Source: Methyloceanibacter sp. (GTDB taxonomy: Bacteria > Pseudomonadota > Alphaproteobacteria > Rhizobiales > Methyloligellaceae). From it: a stretch of DNA of 64,000 bases. The notes beneath the pieces were generated by a model. That model saw only the letters and a program-made list of their open reading frames with translations. It was not told the origin of the DNA and ran no database searches. The position numbers were made by a program, and so were the translations under genes. Each line of letters begins with the position of its first letter. Position 1 is the first letter of the stretch. This document shows, piece after piece, positions 53,049 through 63,313 of the stretch. The stretch spans positions 20,021 through 84,020 of the forward strand of contig NZ_JBPCOU010000052.1 in the NCBI RefSeq assembly GCF_050999895.1. The letters are read 5' to 3'.

Positions 53049-53172
53049 ACGGTTACTCTGTGTCCGATGCGGCGCACGACCCCTCTTGGCATTCGGAACT
53101 TAAGTCACAAGTAGTGGTTCCGAGCGTAAGGCATGTCATGCGCTTAAGAAGCGCCGAACCAGGAGTCCCCCC

Positions 53173-53766
53173 ATGAAACACCCCGTGAAGACAGCGGCGT
53201 TCGCCGCCGCCTTGCTGGCGACGTCGGCCGTCGCGGCATCGGCGGCGCCGGCCGTCGCCATCGTACCCCTCAACGTCCGTGCCGGTCCCACCACGAGCGC
53301 CCCCGTTGTCGGCAGTCTCGCCCCAGGGCAGACGGTTGACGTCCAGGGCTGCAACGGCGGCTGGTGCCAGGTGCAGAACGGCTACGCCTCAAGCAGCTAT
53401 CTGAGCTTCGGCGGCGACGGTTACGCGGACGGCTATGCCGAAGGTTATTACGCCGATCCCGCCTATGCCTATGACGACTACGCTTACGGCTACGACGTCC
53501 CCTACGTGTACCCCTCGTACGGCTGGGGCCCGTCCTGGTATGGCGGCGGACGCGCCTATAATCGCGGCCACTACGCCCATAACGGCCGCAGAGGCGGCGA
53601 CTATTGGCGTGGCGGCGGCGGCGGCCGGAACGTTTATCGCGGCGGCGGCGGCAACAAGAATGCCTATCGCGGCGGCGGTGGCGGCCGTGGTGGCATAAGC
53701 GCTAATCGCGGTGGCGGCGGTTGCGGTAACAACGGCGGCGGTGGCGGCCGCGGCGGTCGCGGCTAA
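53173..53766 (+). CDS. exported bacterial SH3 domain protein, paralog 2 (Tyr-rich then RGG/Gly-rich tail)
   Basis: Signal peptide MKHPVKTAAFAAALLATSAVAASA; LNVRAGPTTSAPVVGSLAPGQTVDVQGCNGGWCQV; tail ...RGGGGGRNVYRGGGGNKNAYRGGGGGRGG... Confidence 0.8.
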   Translation: MKHPVKTAAFAAALLATSAVAASAAPAVAIVPLNVRAGPTTSAPVVGSLAPGQTVDVQGCNGGWCQVQNGYASSSYLSFGGDGYADGYAEGYYADPAYAYDDYAYGYDVPYVYPSYGWGPSWYGGGRAYNRGHYAHNGRRGGDYWRGGGGGRNVYRGGGGNKNAYRGGGGGRGGISANRGGGGCGNNGGGGGRGGRG

Positions 53767-53796
53767 AACGTTTTTTTGACCGAGGAGATGCAATCA

Positions 53797-53822
53797 GGCC
53801 GGGCGCGTTGCCCGGCCTTTTT
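53797..53822 (+). terminator. intrinsic terminator after SH3 paralog 2
   Basis: GGCCGGGC (53797-53804) / GCCCGGCC (53810-53817) + T5 (53818-53822). Confidence 0.75.
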
Positions 53823-53905
53823 GCGCCGCGCGGCGACGGCATCATGACTTGCGGCGGATGCAATGGGATTTAGACTTAGAGGCCGGCTCACACCAATTCG
53901 ACGAG

Positions 53906-54389
53906 ATGAGCATGACCCGCAACCATCCACATAACCGGGGCGCGGGAGAAGGCGCGACCGTCGCGGCCTTGCTGGCATATTGCTTTTCTTGCCGAGCCCG
54001 GCCTCCGCCGCGAGCGCGGTCGCCACGAGGCCGGCCAGCGTTCACGCCGCTCCGAGCGTGAAGTCCAAGGTCATCGGTTTGATCGGGCTCAACCAGGTGC
54101 TCGCCGCAAGGAATTGCCGAAAGGGTTGGTGCGCGGCGCGAGGCGGCTATGTTCAATCAGACTACCTTCGCTTCAGCACCCCGGCGCCGACAGGTCATAC
54201 GACTACAATGTTCCCCTCGTATTGCCTCCGCACGGCTGCACGCCGGGCTTCTGGGGCTGTGGCGGGCGCCGCCACTACGATCAGTTCGGCAACTACACCA
54301 AGTTCGGACAGCCGGGTTACGCCGACGCCGACACGGGTGGTGCAACGCCTGTCGACACCAGGCCGCGCGGAATCTTCGGCGCTCGATAG
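53906..54389 (+). pseudogene. bacterial SH3 domain protein, paralog 3, frame-disrupted
   Basis: ATG-bearing N-terminus (MSMTRNHPHNR...) is in frame 2. The SH3 core (SVHAAPSVKSKVIGLIGLNQVLAARNCRKGWCAARGGYVQSDYLRF) is in frame 1. The Tyr/Gly-rich tail with high GC3 (RSYDYNVPLVLPPHGCTPGFWGCGGRRHYDQFGNYTKFGQPGY) is in the third frame, ending at TAG 54387-54389. Confidence 0.5.
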
Positions 54390-54407
54390 GTTCGATTTCG
54401 GCTGGGT

Positions 54408-55703
54408 TCAGCCGCCGAAAACCCGCGCGAAGATCGTGTCGACATGCTTGGTGTGATGACCGAGATCGAACAGGGCGCGGATCTCGTCCGCGGTCAGCGC
54501 CTTGGTCACGGCCTCATCGGCGAGCAGGGCTTCGAGGAAATCCCCCTCGCGATCCCAGACCTTCATCGCGTTCTTCTGCACCAGCCGGTAGGCATCCTCG
54601 CGCGGGACGCCGGCGGCGGTCAGCGCCAGCAGCACGCGCTGTGAGTGGACGAGGCCGCCCAGCCGGTCGAGATTGGCGCGCATGCGCTCCGGGTAGACGA
54701 CCAGACCCTTGACGATCTCGGTGAGGCGCGACAGCGCGAAATCGAGCGCGATGGTCGCGTCGGGCCCGATGACGCGCTCCACGGAAGAATGCGAGATGTC
54801 ACGCTCATGCCAGAGCGCCACGTCTTCTAGGGCCGGGAGGGCGTAGCCGCGCACGAGGCGTGCAAGGCCGGTAATGTTCTCCGACAGCACGGGATTGCGC
54901 TTATGCGGCATCGCCGAGGAGCCCTTCTGCCCCTTGCTGAAATGCTCCTCCGCCTCCAGCACCTCTGTGCGTTGGAGATGTCTAACCTCAGTCGCGAGCC
55001 GCTCCACTGAGCCAGCCACAACCGCGAGCGTTGCGAAGTACATCGCGTGGCGGTCGCGCGGGATCACTTGCGTCGAGATCGGCTCCGGCTTCAGCTTCAG
55101 TTTCTTCGCGACATAGTCTTCCACGCGCGGATCCACATTGGCGAAGGTGCCGACGGCGCCGGAAACTGCGCAGGTCGCGACGTCCTCGCGCGCAAGCACG
55201 AGACGTGCCCGGGCGCGATCGAACTCGGCATAGGCGTAGGCGAGCTTGAGGCCGAATGTGGTGGGCTCGGCGTGGACACCGTGACTGCGTCCGACCGTCA
55301 CCGTGTCCTTATGCTCGTATGCGCGCTCTTTGAGCGCCGTGAGCAACGCATCGACATCGGCGATGAGAAGGTCCGCTGCCTCGACGAGCTGTATGTTGAA
55401 GCAGTTGTCAAGCACGTCGGAGGAGGTGAGTCCCTGATGCAGGAAGCGCGCATCCGGCCCGACATGCTCGGCGACCGAGGTGAGAAACGCGATGACGTCG
55501 TGCCGGACCTCGCGCTCGATCTCGTCGATGCGCTCGATATTGAAGTTCCCGCGACGCTTGATGGCATCGGCCGAATGCTTCGGGATGAGGCCAAGCTCGG
55601 CCATGGCCTCGGCAGCCAGGGTCTCTATCTTGAGCCAGATGCGGAACTTTGCGTCCGGCTCCCAGAGGCGAGCCATTTCGGGGCGGCTGTAGCGGGGGAT
55701 CAT
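54408..55703 (-). CDS. purB: adenylosuccinate lyase
   Basis: MIPRYSRPEMARLW..., SSAMPHKRNP signature; start ATG 55703 within track ORF 54408..55748. Confidence 0.95.
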   Translation of the reverse strand: MIPRYSRPEMARLWEPDAKFRIWLKIETLAAEAMAELGLIPKHSADAIKRRGNFNIERIDEIEREVRHDVIAFLTSVAEHVGPDARFLHQGLTSSDVLDNCFNIQLVEAADLLIADVDALLTALKERAYEHKDTVTVGRSHGVHAEPTTFGLKLAYAYAEFDRARARLVLAREDVATCAVSGAVGTFANVDPRVEDYVAKKLKLKPEPISTQVIPRDRHAMYFATLAVVAGSVERLATEVRHLQRTEVLEAEEHFSKGQKGSSAMPHKRNPVLSENITGLARLVRGYALPALEDVALWHERDISHSSVERVIGPDATIALDFALSRLTEIVKGLVVYPERMRANLDRLGGLVHSQRVLLALTAAGVPREDAYRLVQKNAMKVWDREGDFLEALLADEAVTKALTADEIRALFDLGHHTKHVDTIFARVFGG

Positions 55704-55790
55704 GCGGGCGGAAAGTCTCTCCCCAAAAGCAATAGGGTGGAAGAGCATGATCTAGCAGACGAGCGCGGCGCGCTCAAATGGCGGGCTCGT

Positions 55791-56270
55791 TCAGGCGCGC
55801 GCATCCCGCGGCCCAAACATGGCGATATAGATTGCGGCGAAGACCATAAGCGCGGCGTAGGCCGGGCGCGGCGGCACCATCATATAAAGCACGAAGGAGA
55901 TGAGGTCGCTCTGCGATGCCCAGTAGAGTCCGGTAAGCGACCAGTCCTGCTGGTTCGGATAGGTGATGTGGCTGTAGACCACCCGCAGCATGCCTCCGAA
56001 GCTGCTGAACGCCACGACGAACACGAAAAGGGCGAAGAGAAACCGCACGAGGAAGCTGCGCTTGGCGGCGAAGCCCTGCACCCACCAGGCGGTCAGCGCC
56101 GCGAACGCGCCGGCAAAGCCGACGATGCGCATGGTCTGCTGCGCCTGGTCGTTGACGATCGTGTTCATGTATTCACCGACAAGCAGCGCCCACATGGAGA
56201 TACCCATCACCAGAGCAAAGGCCGCGGCGAGCACGAAGCCCACCACCTTGGCGAAGGTTATTTTCTCCAT
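55791..56270 (-). CDS. hypothetical membrane protein (4 TM)
   Basis: 160 aa from MEKITFAKVVGFVLAAAFALVMG; four hydrophobic helices; the upstream part of track ORF 55791..56615 is implausible. Confidence 0.55.
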   Translation of the reverse strand: MEKITFAKVVGFVLAAAFALVMGISMWALLVGEYMNTIVNDQAQQTMRIVGFAGAFAALTAWWVQGFAAKRSFLVRFLFALFVFVVAFSSFGGMLRVVYSHITYPNQQDWSLTGLYWASQSDLISFVLYMMVPPRPAYAALMVFAAIYIAMFGPRDARA

Positions 56271-56438
56271 TGCCGCATCCCCCAGTTCCGTGCGCGCCGT
56301 CCGCGGGGCGACTATGCAAGGGAAATGCCTGAGCCGCAACGGTTCCTGAGCGGGAGGCGCATCCGAGACCCAGCTTGCCGCGGGGGCGGGTTTATGGTCC
56401 GATTTGGCCCGACCCAAGCCCCGAGGAGGCGCCACACC

Positions 56439-56645
56439 ATGGCATTTGAGGATCTGCAGGCGGAACTGTCCCTCCTGCTCAACCAAATGGAAAACCAGCC
56501 CGAGGACAAGCACGAGCTTTATCTGCTGATCCGCGAGAAGCTGAACGAGATGCGCGCCTTCGGCATGCCGGTGCCGGAGGACTTGGTGCGGCTGGAGCAG
56601 GAACTCGAAGCCCAATTCATCGCCGAGATCCCGCCGAAGAAGTAG
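56439..56645 (+). CDS. small acidic hypothetical protein (68 aa)
   Basis: ATG 56439 preceded by GAGGAGG (56423-56429); high GC3; is the last 68 codons of shadow ORF 55047..56645. Confidence 0.55.
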   Translation: MAFEDLQAELSLLLNQMENQPEDKHELYLLIREKLNEMRAFGMPVPEDLVRLEQELEAQFIAEIPPKK

Positions 56646-56660
56646 GCCGCGCTCCTCCCG

Positions 56661-57785
56661 CTATTCGGTGATCTGGTTGTAGGTGCCTTTCGACCAGTGA
56701 TAGACCGTGTAAGGCGGCAGGTTCGGATCGCCCTTGTCGTTGAAGCGGAACTTGCCGACCACGGTGTCGAACTCGTTGCCGTTGAGTGCCTTGATCACCT
56801 CCGCCACCTCGGTCGTGCCGGCCTTCTCCGCGGCCTGCTTCCACGCCTGTAGCGCAGCATAGGTGTAGAGCACGTAGCCTTCGGGCTCGATGCCCTCGTC
56901 CTTGAAGCGCTTTACCACTTCGGCTGCCGCCGGGTTCTTGCGCGGATCGGGCGAGAAGGTCATCAGCGTGCCTTCGCCCGCATCGCCGGTGATGGACCAA
57001 TATTCCTGCGTGATCAGCGCATCGCCGCCCATGAGAATCGTGCTCATGCCCTGGTCGCGCATCTGGCGCACGATGAGCCCGGCCTCGGTGTGGTAGCCGC
57101 CGAGAAACAGCACATCGACATTGGCCTGTTTCAGCTTGGAGACGAGCGCCGAATAATCCTTCTCGCCGGCGGTGTAGGCCTCGTACATGACCTCCTGCTT
57201 GCCCGCCTCGTTCATGGCCTTCTTCGTCTCGTCGGCGAGGCCTTTGCCGTAGGCGGTCTTGTCCTGCACGATGGCGATATTCTTGTCGGCGAAGTTGCTC
57301 GCGAGATATTTGCCGGCGACGCCGCCTTGCTGATCGTCGCGGCCGCAGACGCGATAGATGTTCGGCCCGGCGCGATTGTCGGTGAGGGCGGGATTGGTCG
57401 AGGCCGGCGAGATCTGCACCATATTGGCGTCCTTGTAGACGCCGGACGCGGGGATCGACGAGCCGGAGCAATAGTGACCGGCGACGAGGGCGACGTTCGC
57501 GCCGACCATCTGGTTGGCGACGGCCACGGCTTGCTTCGGGTCGCAGGCGTCGTCGCCGATATCCAGGTCGAGCTTCTTGCCGAGCACGCCGCCCGCCGCG
57601 TTGATGTCCTCGACGGCCATCTCGCCGCCGTTCTTCATCTGCGCGCCAAAGGAAGCGTATTGGCCTGTGATCGGCCCGACAACCGCGACCGGCGTCGTAT
57701 TGTCTTCATCCGAGCCGCCACACCCTGCCAATATGGCGGCGACGGCGACAACGACAACCAGTCCGGCACTGCGCTTCATGTTCAT
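56661..57785 (-). CDS. branched-chain amino acid ABC transporter substrate-binding protein (LivJ/BraC-like)
   Basis: Lipobox/signal VAVAAILAGCGG; type I periplasmic binding fold sequence (VVGPITGQYASFG...); adjacent to livHMGF. Confidence 0.85.
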   Translation of the reverse strand: MNMKRSAGLVVVVAVAAILAGCGGSDEDNTTPVAVVGPITGQYASFGAQMKNGGEMAVEDINAAGGVLGKKLDLDIGDDACDPKQAVAVANQMVGANVALVAGHYCSGSSIPASGVYKDANMVQISPASTNPALTDNRAGPNIYRVCGRDDQQGGVAGKYLASNFADKNIAIVQDKTAYGKGLADETKKAMNEAGKQEVMYEAYTAGEKDYSALVSKLKQANVDVLFLGGYHTEAGLIVRQMRDQGMSTILMGGDALITQEYWSITGDAGEGTLMTFSPDPRKNPAAAEVVKRFKDEGIEPEGYVLYTYAALQAWKQAAEKAGTTEVAEVIKALNGNEFDTVVGKFRFNDKGDPNLPPYTVYHWSKGTYNQITE

Positions 57786-57812
57786 CTCCCTTACCCTTGC
57801 GCGCACTCTATA

Positions 57813-58181
57813 TCATTGTGCGCTTTGATGTATCTGCCCGCACTCGCACGTGCGCCACGTCAATGGGCCGGTCCGTTCGTAAAGCCAGCGATACTGCGTC
57901 ACCATCTGCGTGGTCCGCATCCAGCGGTAGCCGACCGACGCGAAGCAGAGCAACACCAGATAGGAGACGAGGTAATCATAGAGCGAGAGAAGATGCCCAT
58001 CGAACAGGGCGTAATGGAAGAAGCGCACGGCGGCTGCGAGCAGCGCCATATAGAGGAAGATGCGCCAGAACGGCTTCCAGCTCCGCGCCAGGCCGCGGCC
58101 TGACATCACCGCCGCCGCGCCGCCGATGATGACGGTGAGAACGAGGAACGTGAGCGCGCCGGTATCGGAAAGCCAGCTCAT
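57813..58181 (-). CDS. small membrane protein within the liv operon
   Basis: 122 aa, 3-4 TM; 4-nt overlap with livF. Confidence 0.5.
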   Translation of the reverse strand: MSWLSDTGALTFLVLTVIIGGAAAVMSGRGLARSWKPFWRIFLYMALLAAAVRFFHYALFDGHLLSLYDYLVSYLVLLCFASVGYRWMRTTQMVTQYRWLYERTGPLTWRTCECGQIHQSAQ

Positions 58182-58930
58182 GGCGTGGCTCCGAGCGGCT
58201 GACCCTTGGCCGTGCCGCCGTCGAGATAGGCGCTCCTAACCTCGTCGCTGCCGAGCAGCTCCTCGCCGCTGCCCGAGAGCGTGATCCGGCCATTGGCCAT
58301 GACATAGCCGCGGTGGCAGAGCTTGAGCGAGTGATAGGCGTTCTGCTCGACGAGAAAGACGGGAAGCCCCAGACGGTTGAGCTCTTTGATCGCCTCGAAA
58401 ATCTGCTTCACGATGAGCGGCGCCAAGCCGAGCGACGGTTCGTCGAGCATGAGCAGCTTCGGCTGGCCCATGAGCGCCCGGGCGATCGCGAGCATCTGCT
58501 GCTCGCCGCCGGAGAGCGTGCCGCCGCGCTGGTCGCGGCGCGCCTTCAGCACGGGGAAGAGGGTGCAGACATGCTCCAGATCCTGGTCGAAGCGATCAGG
58601 CTCGCGCGCGATGATGGCGCCCATCTGGAGATTCTCGTACACGGTCATGCGCGCGAAGATGCGCCGGCCTTCGGGCGACTGCGCGATCCCGAGCCTGGCG
58701 ATGTCGTAGGCGGCAAGATCGCTGATGTCGCGGCCCTGGAACAGGATGCGCCCTGCGCGCATGCGCGGGCGCCCGAACACGGTCATCATCAACGTGGTCT
58801 TGCCGGCGCCGTTGGCCCCGATCAGCGCCACGATCTCGTTCGGCCGGACATCGACGCTGACGCCATGCAGCACCGGGATGTTGCCGTAGCGCGCGCTGAC
58901 GTTGTCGATGGCGAGAATGGGCGCGCTCAT
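58178..58930 (-). CDS. livF: branched-chain amino acid ABC transporter ATP-binding protein LivF
   Basis: Walker A GANGAGKTT, LSGGEQQMLAIARAL, LLMLDEPS. Confidence 0.9.
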   Translation of the reverse strand: MSAPILAIDNVSARYGNIPVLHGVSVDVRPNEIVALIGANGAGKTTLMMTVFGRPRMRAGRILFQGRDISDLAAYDIARLGIAQSPEGRRIFARMTVYENLQMGAIIAREPDRFDQDLEHVCTLFPVLKARRDQRGGTLSGGEQQMLAIARALMGQPKLLMLDEPSLGLAPLIVKQIFEAIKELNRLGLPVFLVEQNAYHSLKLCHRGYVMANGRITLSGSGEELLGSDEVRSAYLDGGTAKGQPLGATP

Positions 58931-59769
58931 GGGCGCACCTCGCGTGCGACGTCATGCAGTTCCTCGTCCTCGACGCCGAGATAGGCGGCGATGACCTTGG
59001 GATCGTTGCGCACCTCGTCCGCGCTGCCGTCGGCGATGACCCTGCCATAGTCGAGCACGACGACATGGTCGGAGATGCGCATCACCACCGCCATGTCGTG
59101 CTCGATGAGGAAGAGGCCGATGCCTTCCTGCGCGCGGATGCCGTAAAGCAGCTCGTTCAAATGCTCGGTCTCGCGCACGTTGAGGCCTGCCGCGGGCTCG
59201 TCGAGGCAGAGCAGCAACGGCCTTGTGCACATCGCGCGTGCGATTTCGAGCCGCCTTTGGTCGCCATAGGGCAGCTCGCCCGCCGGGGTGTCGGCGCGGC
59301 GCAGGAGCCCGACGCGATCGAGCCAATAGCGCGCGTGGTCCACGGCGCCGCGCTCGGCGGACGTAAAATTGCGCAAGCCCAGCAGGGCGCCGACGACGAG
59401 GCCGGGGCTCGTCAGCTGCTCGTGCTGCGCGACCATCAGATTTTCTAGCACCGTCATGCCGGGAAACAGGCGGATATTCTGGAAGGTGCGCGCCACGCGC
59501 GCTTGCGCGTTGATCTCATGGTCGTCGAGACGCTCCAAATGGAAGCGCCCGCCGTCGGGATGGGCGATGGCCATCATCCCTTCCGTCGGCTTGTAGAAGC
59601 CGGTGATGCAATTGAAGACGGTGGTCTTGCCGGCCCCGTTCGGACCGATCAGGGCGGTGATGTCGCGGCGTCCGACGGTGAAGGAGGCGTCGTCGATGGC
59701 GGTGAGGCCGCCGAAACGCATGGTGAGGTGCTCGACGTTCAGCAGCGGCGCTTCCTCCCAGGACCTCAT
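58927..59769 (-). CDS. livG: branched-chain amino acid ABC transporter ATP-binding protein LivG
   Basis: GPNGAGKTTVFN, LPYGDQRRLEIARA, LLCLDEPAAG. Confidence 0.9.
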   Translation of the reverse strand: MRSWEEAPLLNVEHLTMRFGGLTAIDDASFTVGRRDITALIGPNGAGKTTVFNCITGFYKPTEGMMAIAHPDGGRFHLERLDDHEINAQARVARTFQNIRLFPGMTVLENLMVAQHEQLTSPGLVVGALLGLRNFTSAERGAVDHARYWLDRVGLLRRADTPAGELPYGDQRRLEIARAMCTRPLLLCLDEPAAGLNVRETEHLNELLYGIRAQEGIGLFLIEHDMAVVMRISDHVVVLDYGRVIADGSADEVRNDPKVIAAYLGVEDEELHDVAREVRP

Positions 59770-61307
59770 CAGCGGCCTTCTTTGACGAGATCGACAGGGA
59801 TGGCCTTGGCGTCGCCGAGCGCGATCGAGGGCGTGCGCGAGGCGACGAGGCCGCGCGGCCGCCAGACCATGATCGCGACCATGGCGATGCCGAACAGGAG
59901 CATGCGGTAAAGCGCGGGATCGAAGCCGCTGCCGAAGATGGATTCAAGCTCGCCGGTGTGACGCAGCGCCTCGAAGCCGCCGACCAGCGCGATGGCCGCG
60001 ATCGCGACGCCGAGCTGGCTCCCCATGCCGCCGAGCACGACGATTGCGAGGATGATGGCGCTTTCAATGAAGGTGAAGCTTTCCGGGCTGATGAAGCCCT
60101 GCCGCGTGGCGAAGAAGGACCCGGCGAAGCCCCCGAACATGGCGCCGATTGCGAACGCGGTGAGCTTGGTGATGGTGGTGTTGATGCCGAGCGAGCGGCA
60201 GGCGATCTCGTCCTCGCGCATGGCCTCCCAGGCGCGGCCCAACGGCAAGCGCCGCAGCCGCAGCGTCACGACGTTGGTGAGAAGAGCAAGCGCGAGGATC
60301 AGGTAATAGAGGAAGATGATGCCGTGGAGCGGGTCGTAGCGGAGCCCGAAAAACTGGCTGAACGTCTCGCCGCCGGCAGCGGTGGGCGCGAAGGGCAGGC
60401 CGAAGAAACTGGGCTTGGGGATGCTGCCGATACCGTTCGGCCCGTTCGTCACCTCCGTCCAGTTGAGGAGCACGATGCGCACGATCTCGCCGAAGGCGAG
60501 CGTGACGATGGCGAGATAGTCGCCGCGCAAGCGCAGCACCGGAAAGCCGAGAATGATGCCCCAGAGTGCCGCGAGCGCGCCCGCGATCGGCAGGCAGATC
60601 CAGAAGGAAAGGCCGGAGGTCGTGGCCAGCAGCGCGAAGGTGTAGGCGCCGACGGCGTAGAAGGCGACGTAGCCGAGATCGAGGAGGCCTGCGAGCCCGA
60701 CCACGATGTTCAAGCCCCAGCCGAGCATGATGTAGGTGAGGACGAGAATGGAGAGATCGAGGATGTAGCGGAGCGGCAGGCCGAGATGGAACGTCTTCTC
60801 GATCGCGTAGGCGCAGAGCGGGAAGAGGATGGCGAACGCGACGCCGGCGAGGGTGAAGTAGCGTGCGTAAGGCAGGTCCGGAAAGACTTGCACGACGGTG
60901 CGGCGCACGAGGCCCGTGGCCTGGAAGGCGAGCACCCCGGTCGCGAGCAGCTCGAAGGCCGGCGACGCGAAAAGGAGGATGAGGAGAGCGGCGAGCGCGA
61001 TCACGCCGAGGGTGACGATGTCGCGCCGCTCGAAGGGCTCGCGGGTGAAGAGCTTCGCGAAGGGCCGGCTGAGCGGGTAGGGGGCATCCCAGACGAAGAG
61101 CGCGAGCAGGAAATAGCCGAAGAACACGATGCCGACCGCGACGGCCAGCAGTCCGGGCCGCGGCAGCAGCCCAAGGCCCGTGACCTTGTCAACGGTGCGC
61201 AGCCCGAGCGTCAGGCAGAACAGCGCGAACGCGACATAGGCGGCGATGATGGAATCGGTCAGCGCGAGTTGGAGCCGATGGCGGAAGGGTTTGGCGGGCT
61301 CCTGCAA
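59769..61307 (-). CDS. livM: branched-chain amino acid ABC transporter permease LivM (with N-terminal extension)
   Basis: 512 aa polytopic; [14 protein letters not shown] core; operon position. Confidence 0.88.
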   Translation of the reverse strand: MQEPAKPFRHRLQLALTDSIIAAYVAFALFCLTLGLRTVDKVTGLGLLPRPGLLAVAVGIVFFGYFLLALFVWDAPYPLSRPFAKLFTREPFERRDIVTLGVIALAALLILLFASPAFELLATGVLAFQATGLVRRTVVQVFPDLPYARYFTLAGVAFAILFPLCAYAIEKTFHLGLPLRYILDLSILVLTYIMLGWGLNIVVGLAGLLDLGYVAFYAVGAYTFALLATTSGLSFWICLPIAGALAALWGIILGFPVLRLRGDYLAIVTLAFGEIVRIVLLNWTEVTNGPNGIGSIPKPSFFGLPFAPTAAGGETFSQFFGLRYDPLHGIIFLYYLILALALLTNVVTLRLRRLPLGRAWEAMREDEIACRSLGINTTITKLTAFAIGAMFGGFAGSFFATRQGFISPESFTFIESAIILAIVVLGGMGSQLGVAIAAIALVGGFEALRHTGELESIFGSGFDPALYRMLLFGIAMVAIMVWRPRGLVASRTPSIALGDAKAIPVDLVKEGR

Positions 61308-61311
61308 GGGG

Positions 61312-62226
61312 CTAGACCTTCTCTACCTCGGGCCGGCCGAGTAGGCCGGAGGGGAAAAAGATAAGCACGACGGCGAGCATCGCAAACGCCGCCACGTCCT
61401 TGTATTCGATGGTGAAGTAGGCGGACCAGAAGGTCTCGATCAGGCCGATGATGAGGCCGCCGAGCATGGCGCCGGGCAGCGAGCCGATGCCGCCGAACAC
61501 CGCCGCGGTAAAGGCCTTAATGCCCGCGACGAAGCCGATATAGAAATCGATCACCCCGTAGTAGAGGAGGTAGAGCAACCCCGCGACGGCGGCGAGTGCG
61601 GCGCCGAGCACGAAGGTGAGCGAGATGGTGCGGTCGACATTGACGCCGGAAAGCGACGCCATGAGCCGATCCTGCTCGCAGGCGCGCTGCGCACGCCCGA
61701 GCGCGGTGCGCGAGATGATGAGCCAGAAGATCATCATCAGCACCAGCGTCGTCACCACGATGAGGATCTGGATGTTGGAGACGATCACCGAGAAACCCTG
61801 CTCGGTGAAGAGCACATAGCCACCGGTGACGATCGGCTGCAGCGGCTTCACGCGCGCGCCTTGCGCCACCTGGATGAAATTCTGCAGCACGATTGACATG
61901 CCTATCGCCGTGATCAGCGGCGCGAGGCGAAACGATTCGCGCAAAGGGCGGTAGGCGATGCGCTCCACCGTCCACCCCCAGACCCCGGCGAGGAGCATGG
62001 CGATCAGGAGGACGAGGAGCAGCGCCAAGGGGATCATGGTGATCCCGATAGAGATCAGCGCGAGAAAGGCGATGAGCGCGATGAAGGCGCCGACCATGAA
62101 GATATCGCCATGGGCGAAATTGATCATGCCGACAATGCCGTAGACCATCGTGTAGCCGATGGCGATCAGGCCGTAGATCGAGCCGAGCGCGATGCCGTTG
62201 ATCAGCTGCTGTACGAAATAAGCCAT
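61312..62226 (-). CDS. livH: branched-chain amino acid ABC transporter permease LivH
   Basis: [41 protein letters not shown]. Confidence 0.92.
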   Translation of the reverse strand: MAYFVQQLINGIALGSIYGLIAIGYTMVYGIVGMINFAHGDIFMVGAFIALIAFLALISIGITMIPLALLLVLLIAMLLAGVWGWTVERIAYRPLRESFRLAPLITAIGMSIVLQNFIQVAQGARVKPLQPIVTGGYVLFTEQGFSVIVSNIQILIVVTTLVLMMIFWLIISRTALGRAQRACEQDRLMASLSGVNVDRTISLTFVLGAALAAVAGLLYLLYYGVIDFYIGFVAGIKAFTAAVFGGIGSLPGAMLGGLIIGLIETFWSAYFTIEYKDVAAFAMLAVVLIFFPSGLLGRPEVEKV

Positions 62227-62346
62227 GCTTGGCGCTTGCCCCGTCCCCCCGAACGCGCCCAGGGTGGCCGCCTCCCCAAGCCCGTCCTTCTTAGCAAGAA
62301 GGGCTCACGGCGTACAACGCCGCCCAAGACCCGAGCATGCCCAAAA

Positions 62347-62586
62347 CTAGAGCAGCATATGCGAGCCGTCGCAGTAGGGAGGGTCGCCCGTGTCCTTGCA
62401 GCCGCAAAGCAGGGCCATCTCGGTCCGCTCGGCGGTGAACATGAGGGGTTCTATGCCCGTGCCGGCATGGGCGCCGTCGCAGAAAGGCTGCTTTTGCGAG
62501 CGTCCGCAGCGGCACCAGGCATAGCGTTTGCCAGCCTCTAGCCCGACTTGGTAGGGGCTGAGCTGTGGCCGCTCCGGGTCAGACAT
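62347..62586 (-). CDS. CDGSH iron-sulfur domain protein (two CDGSH motifs)
   Basis: WCRCGRSQKQPFCDGAH and LCGCKDTGDPPYCDGSH. Confidence 0.85.
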   Translation of the reverse strand: MSDPERPQLSPYQVGLEAGKRYAWCRCGRSQKQPFCDGAHAGTGIEPLMFTAERTEMALLCGCKDTGDPPYCDGSHMLL

Positions 62587-62981
62587 TGGCCGGTCCCTGA
62601 ATTTGCGGCTTGTGCTGGCCGCTATCCAGCCTGCTTACCCAATTCGGCATGGCGACACAAGGCGAGCGCGGCGTTAAGCCCACGCGGCCGCCAAAGCCGA
62701 ATCGATGCCCGAGCAAGGGACCGGGCGTCGGTGAGGCCGACGTCGCTTGGTAAACCGGTACCGCCTCCGCTAGGGTCGTCGAGGTTCGGTCGGATCAAGA
62801 CGCCGACCTGACTGCGAACCCCCGATTGACGAAAGCGCGATGAAGGCAATCGCGGGGGCTATCAAGATGCGCATCCAAAGAAACATGCCGATGTTCATGT
62901 GCATAGCGAGCGGCGGCTGGTACGGCCGCGGACGCTGGCGGCGATACCGATCGAGTACGCTTCAGCCGAAGCGGGCTCGCG

Positions 62982-63203
62982 CTAGACGATCCACCCCATC
63001 TCGCGGGCCTTCATATTTGCGGCCTCCCACGCGAGAGCCCTGAATTCCGAGATGCTGAGTCTCGCCTCCGGATCGTCGATTCCATAATCGGAACACACGA
63101 GCCACGGCGCATCCCCCTTCCGGTAGGCAATCCTCAGGCAGCTTCCCCGCAAGGCGATCTTGATGTCGCTGCCCTGCACCTCGACTTTTAGCGTTGGCTC
63201 CAC
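62982..63203 (-). CDS. small hypothetical protein (73 aa)
   Basis: GTG start 8 nt downstream of AGGAGGAG; moderate-high GC3; no family recognised. Confidence 0.5.
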   Translation of the reverse strand: MEPTLKVEVQGSDIKIALRGSCLRIAYRKGDAPWLVCSDYGIDDPEARLSISEFRALAWEAANMKAREMGWIV

Positions 63204-63313
63204 CGCTCGGTCTCCTCCTGGCTTGCAAGGGCGAAGTCTACCCTGTCACGGCGTCGGTCCGGCATAGGAACCTCACTCTATCCACACTTCTCACAGAGGC
63301 CGCTGGGTGACCG

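Noticed and set aside
62771-62896. 38-44 codon hydrophobic minus-strand ORF (M(HMNIG)MFLWMRILIAPAIAFIALSSIGGSQ...)
   Set aside because: It has no convincing Shine-Dalgarno, several competing starts, no lipobox and no family recognised. The evidence is insufficient to call it.
62840-63043. 67-aa plus-strand ORF
   Set aside because: It is Arg-rich and low-complexity, and overlaps the better-supported minus-strand 73-aa gene, which has a strong AGGAGGAG SD.
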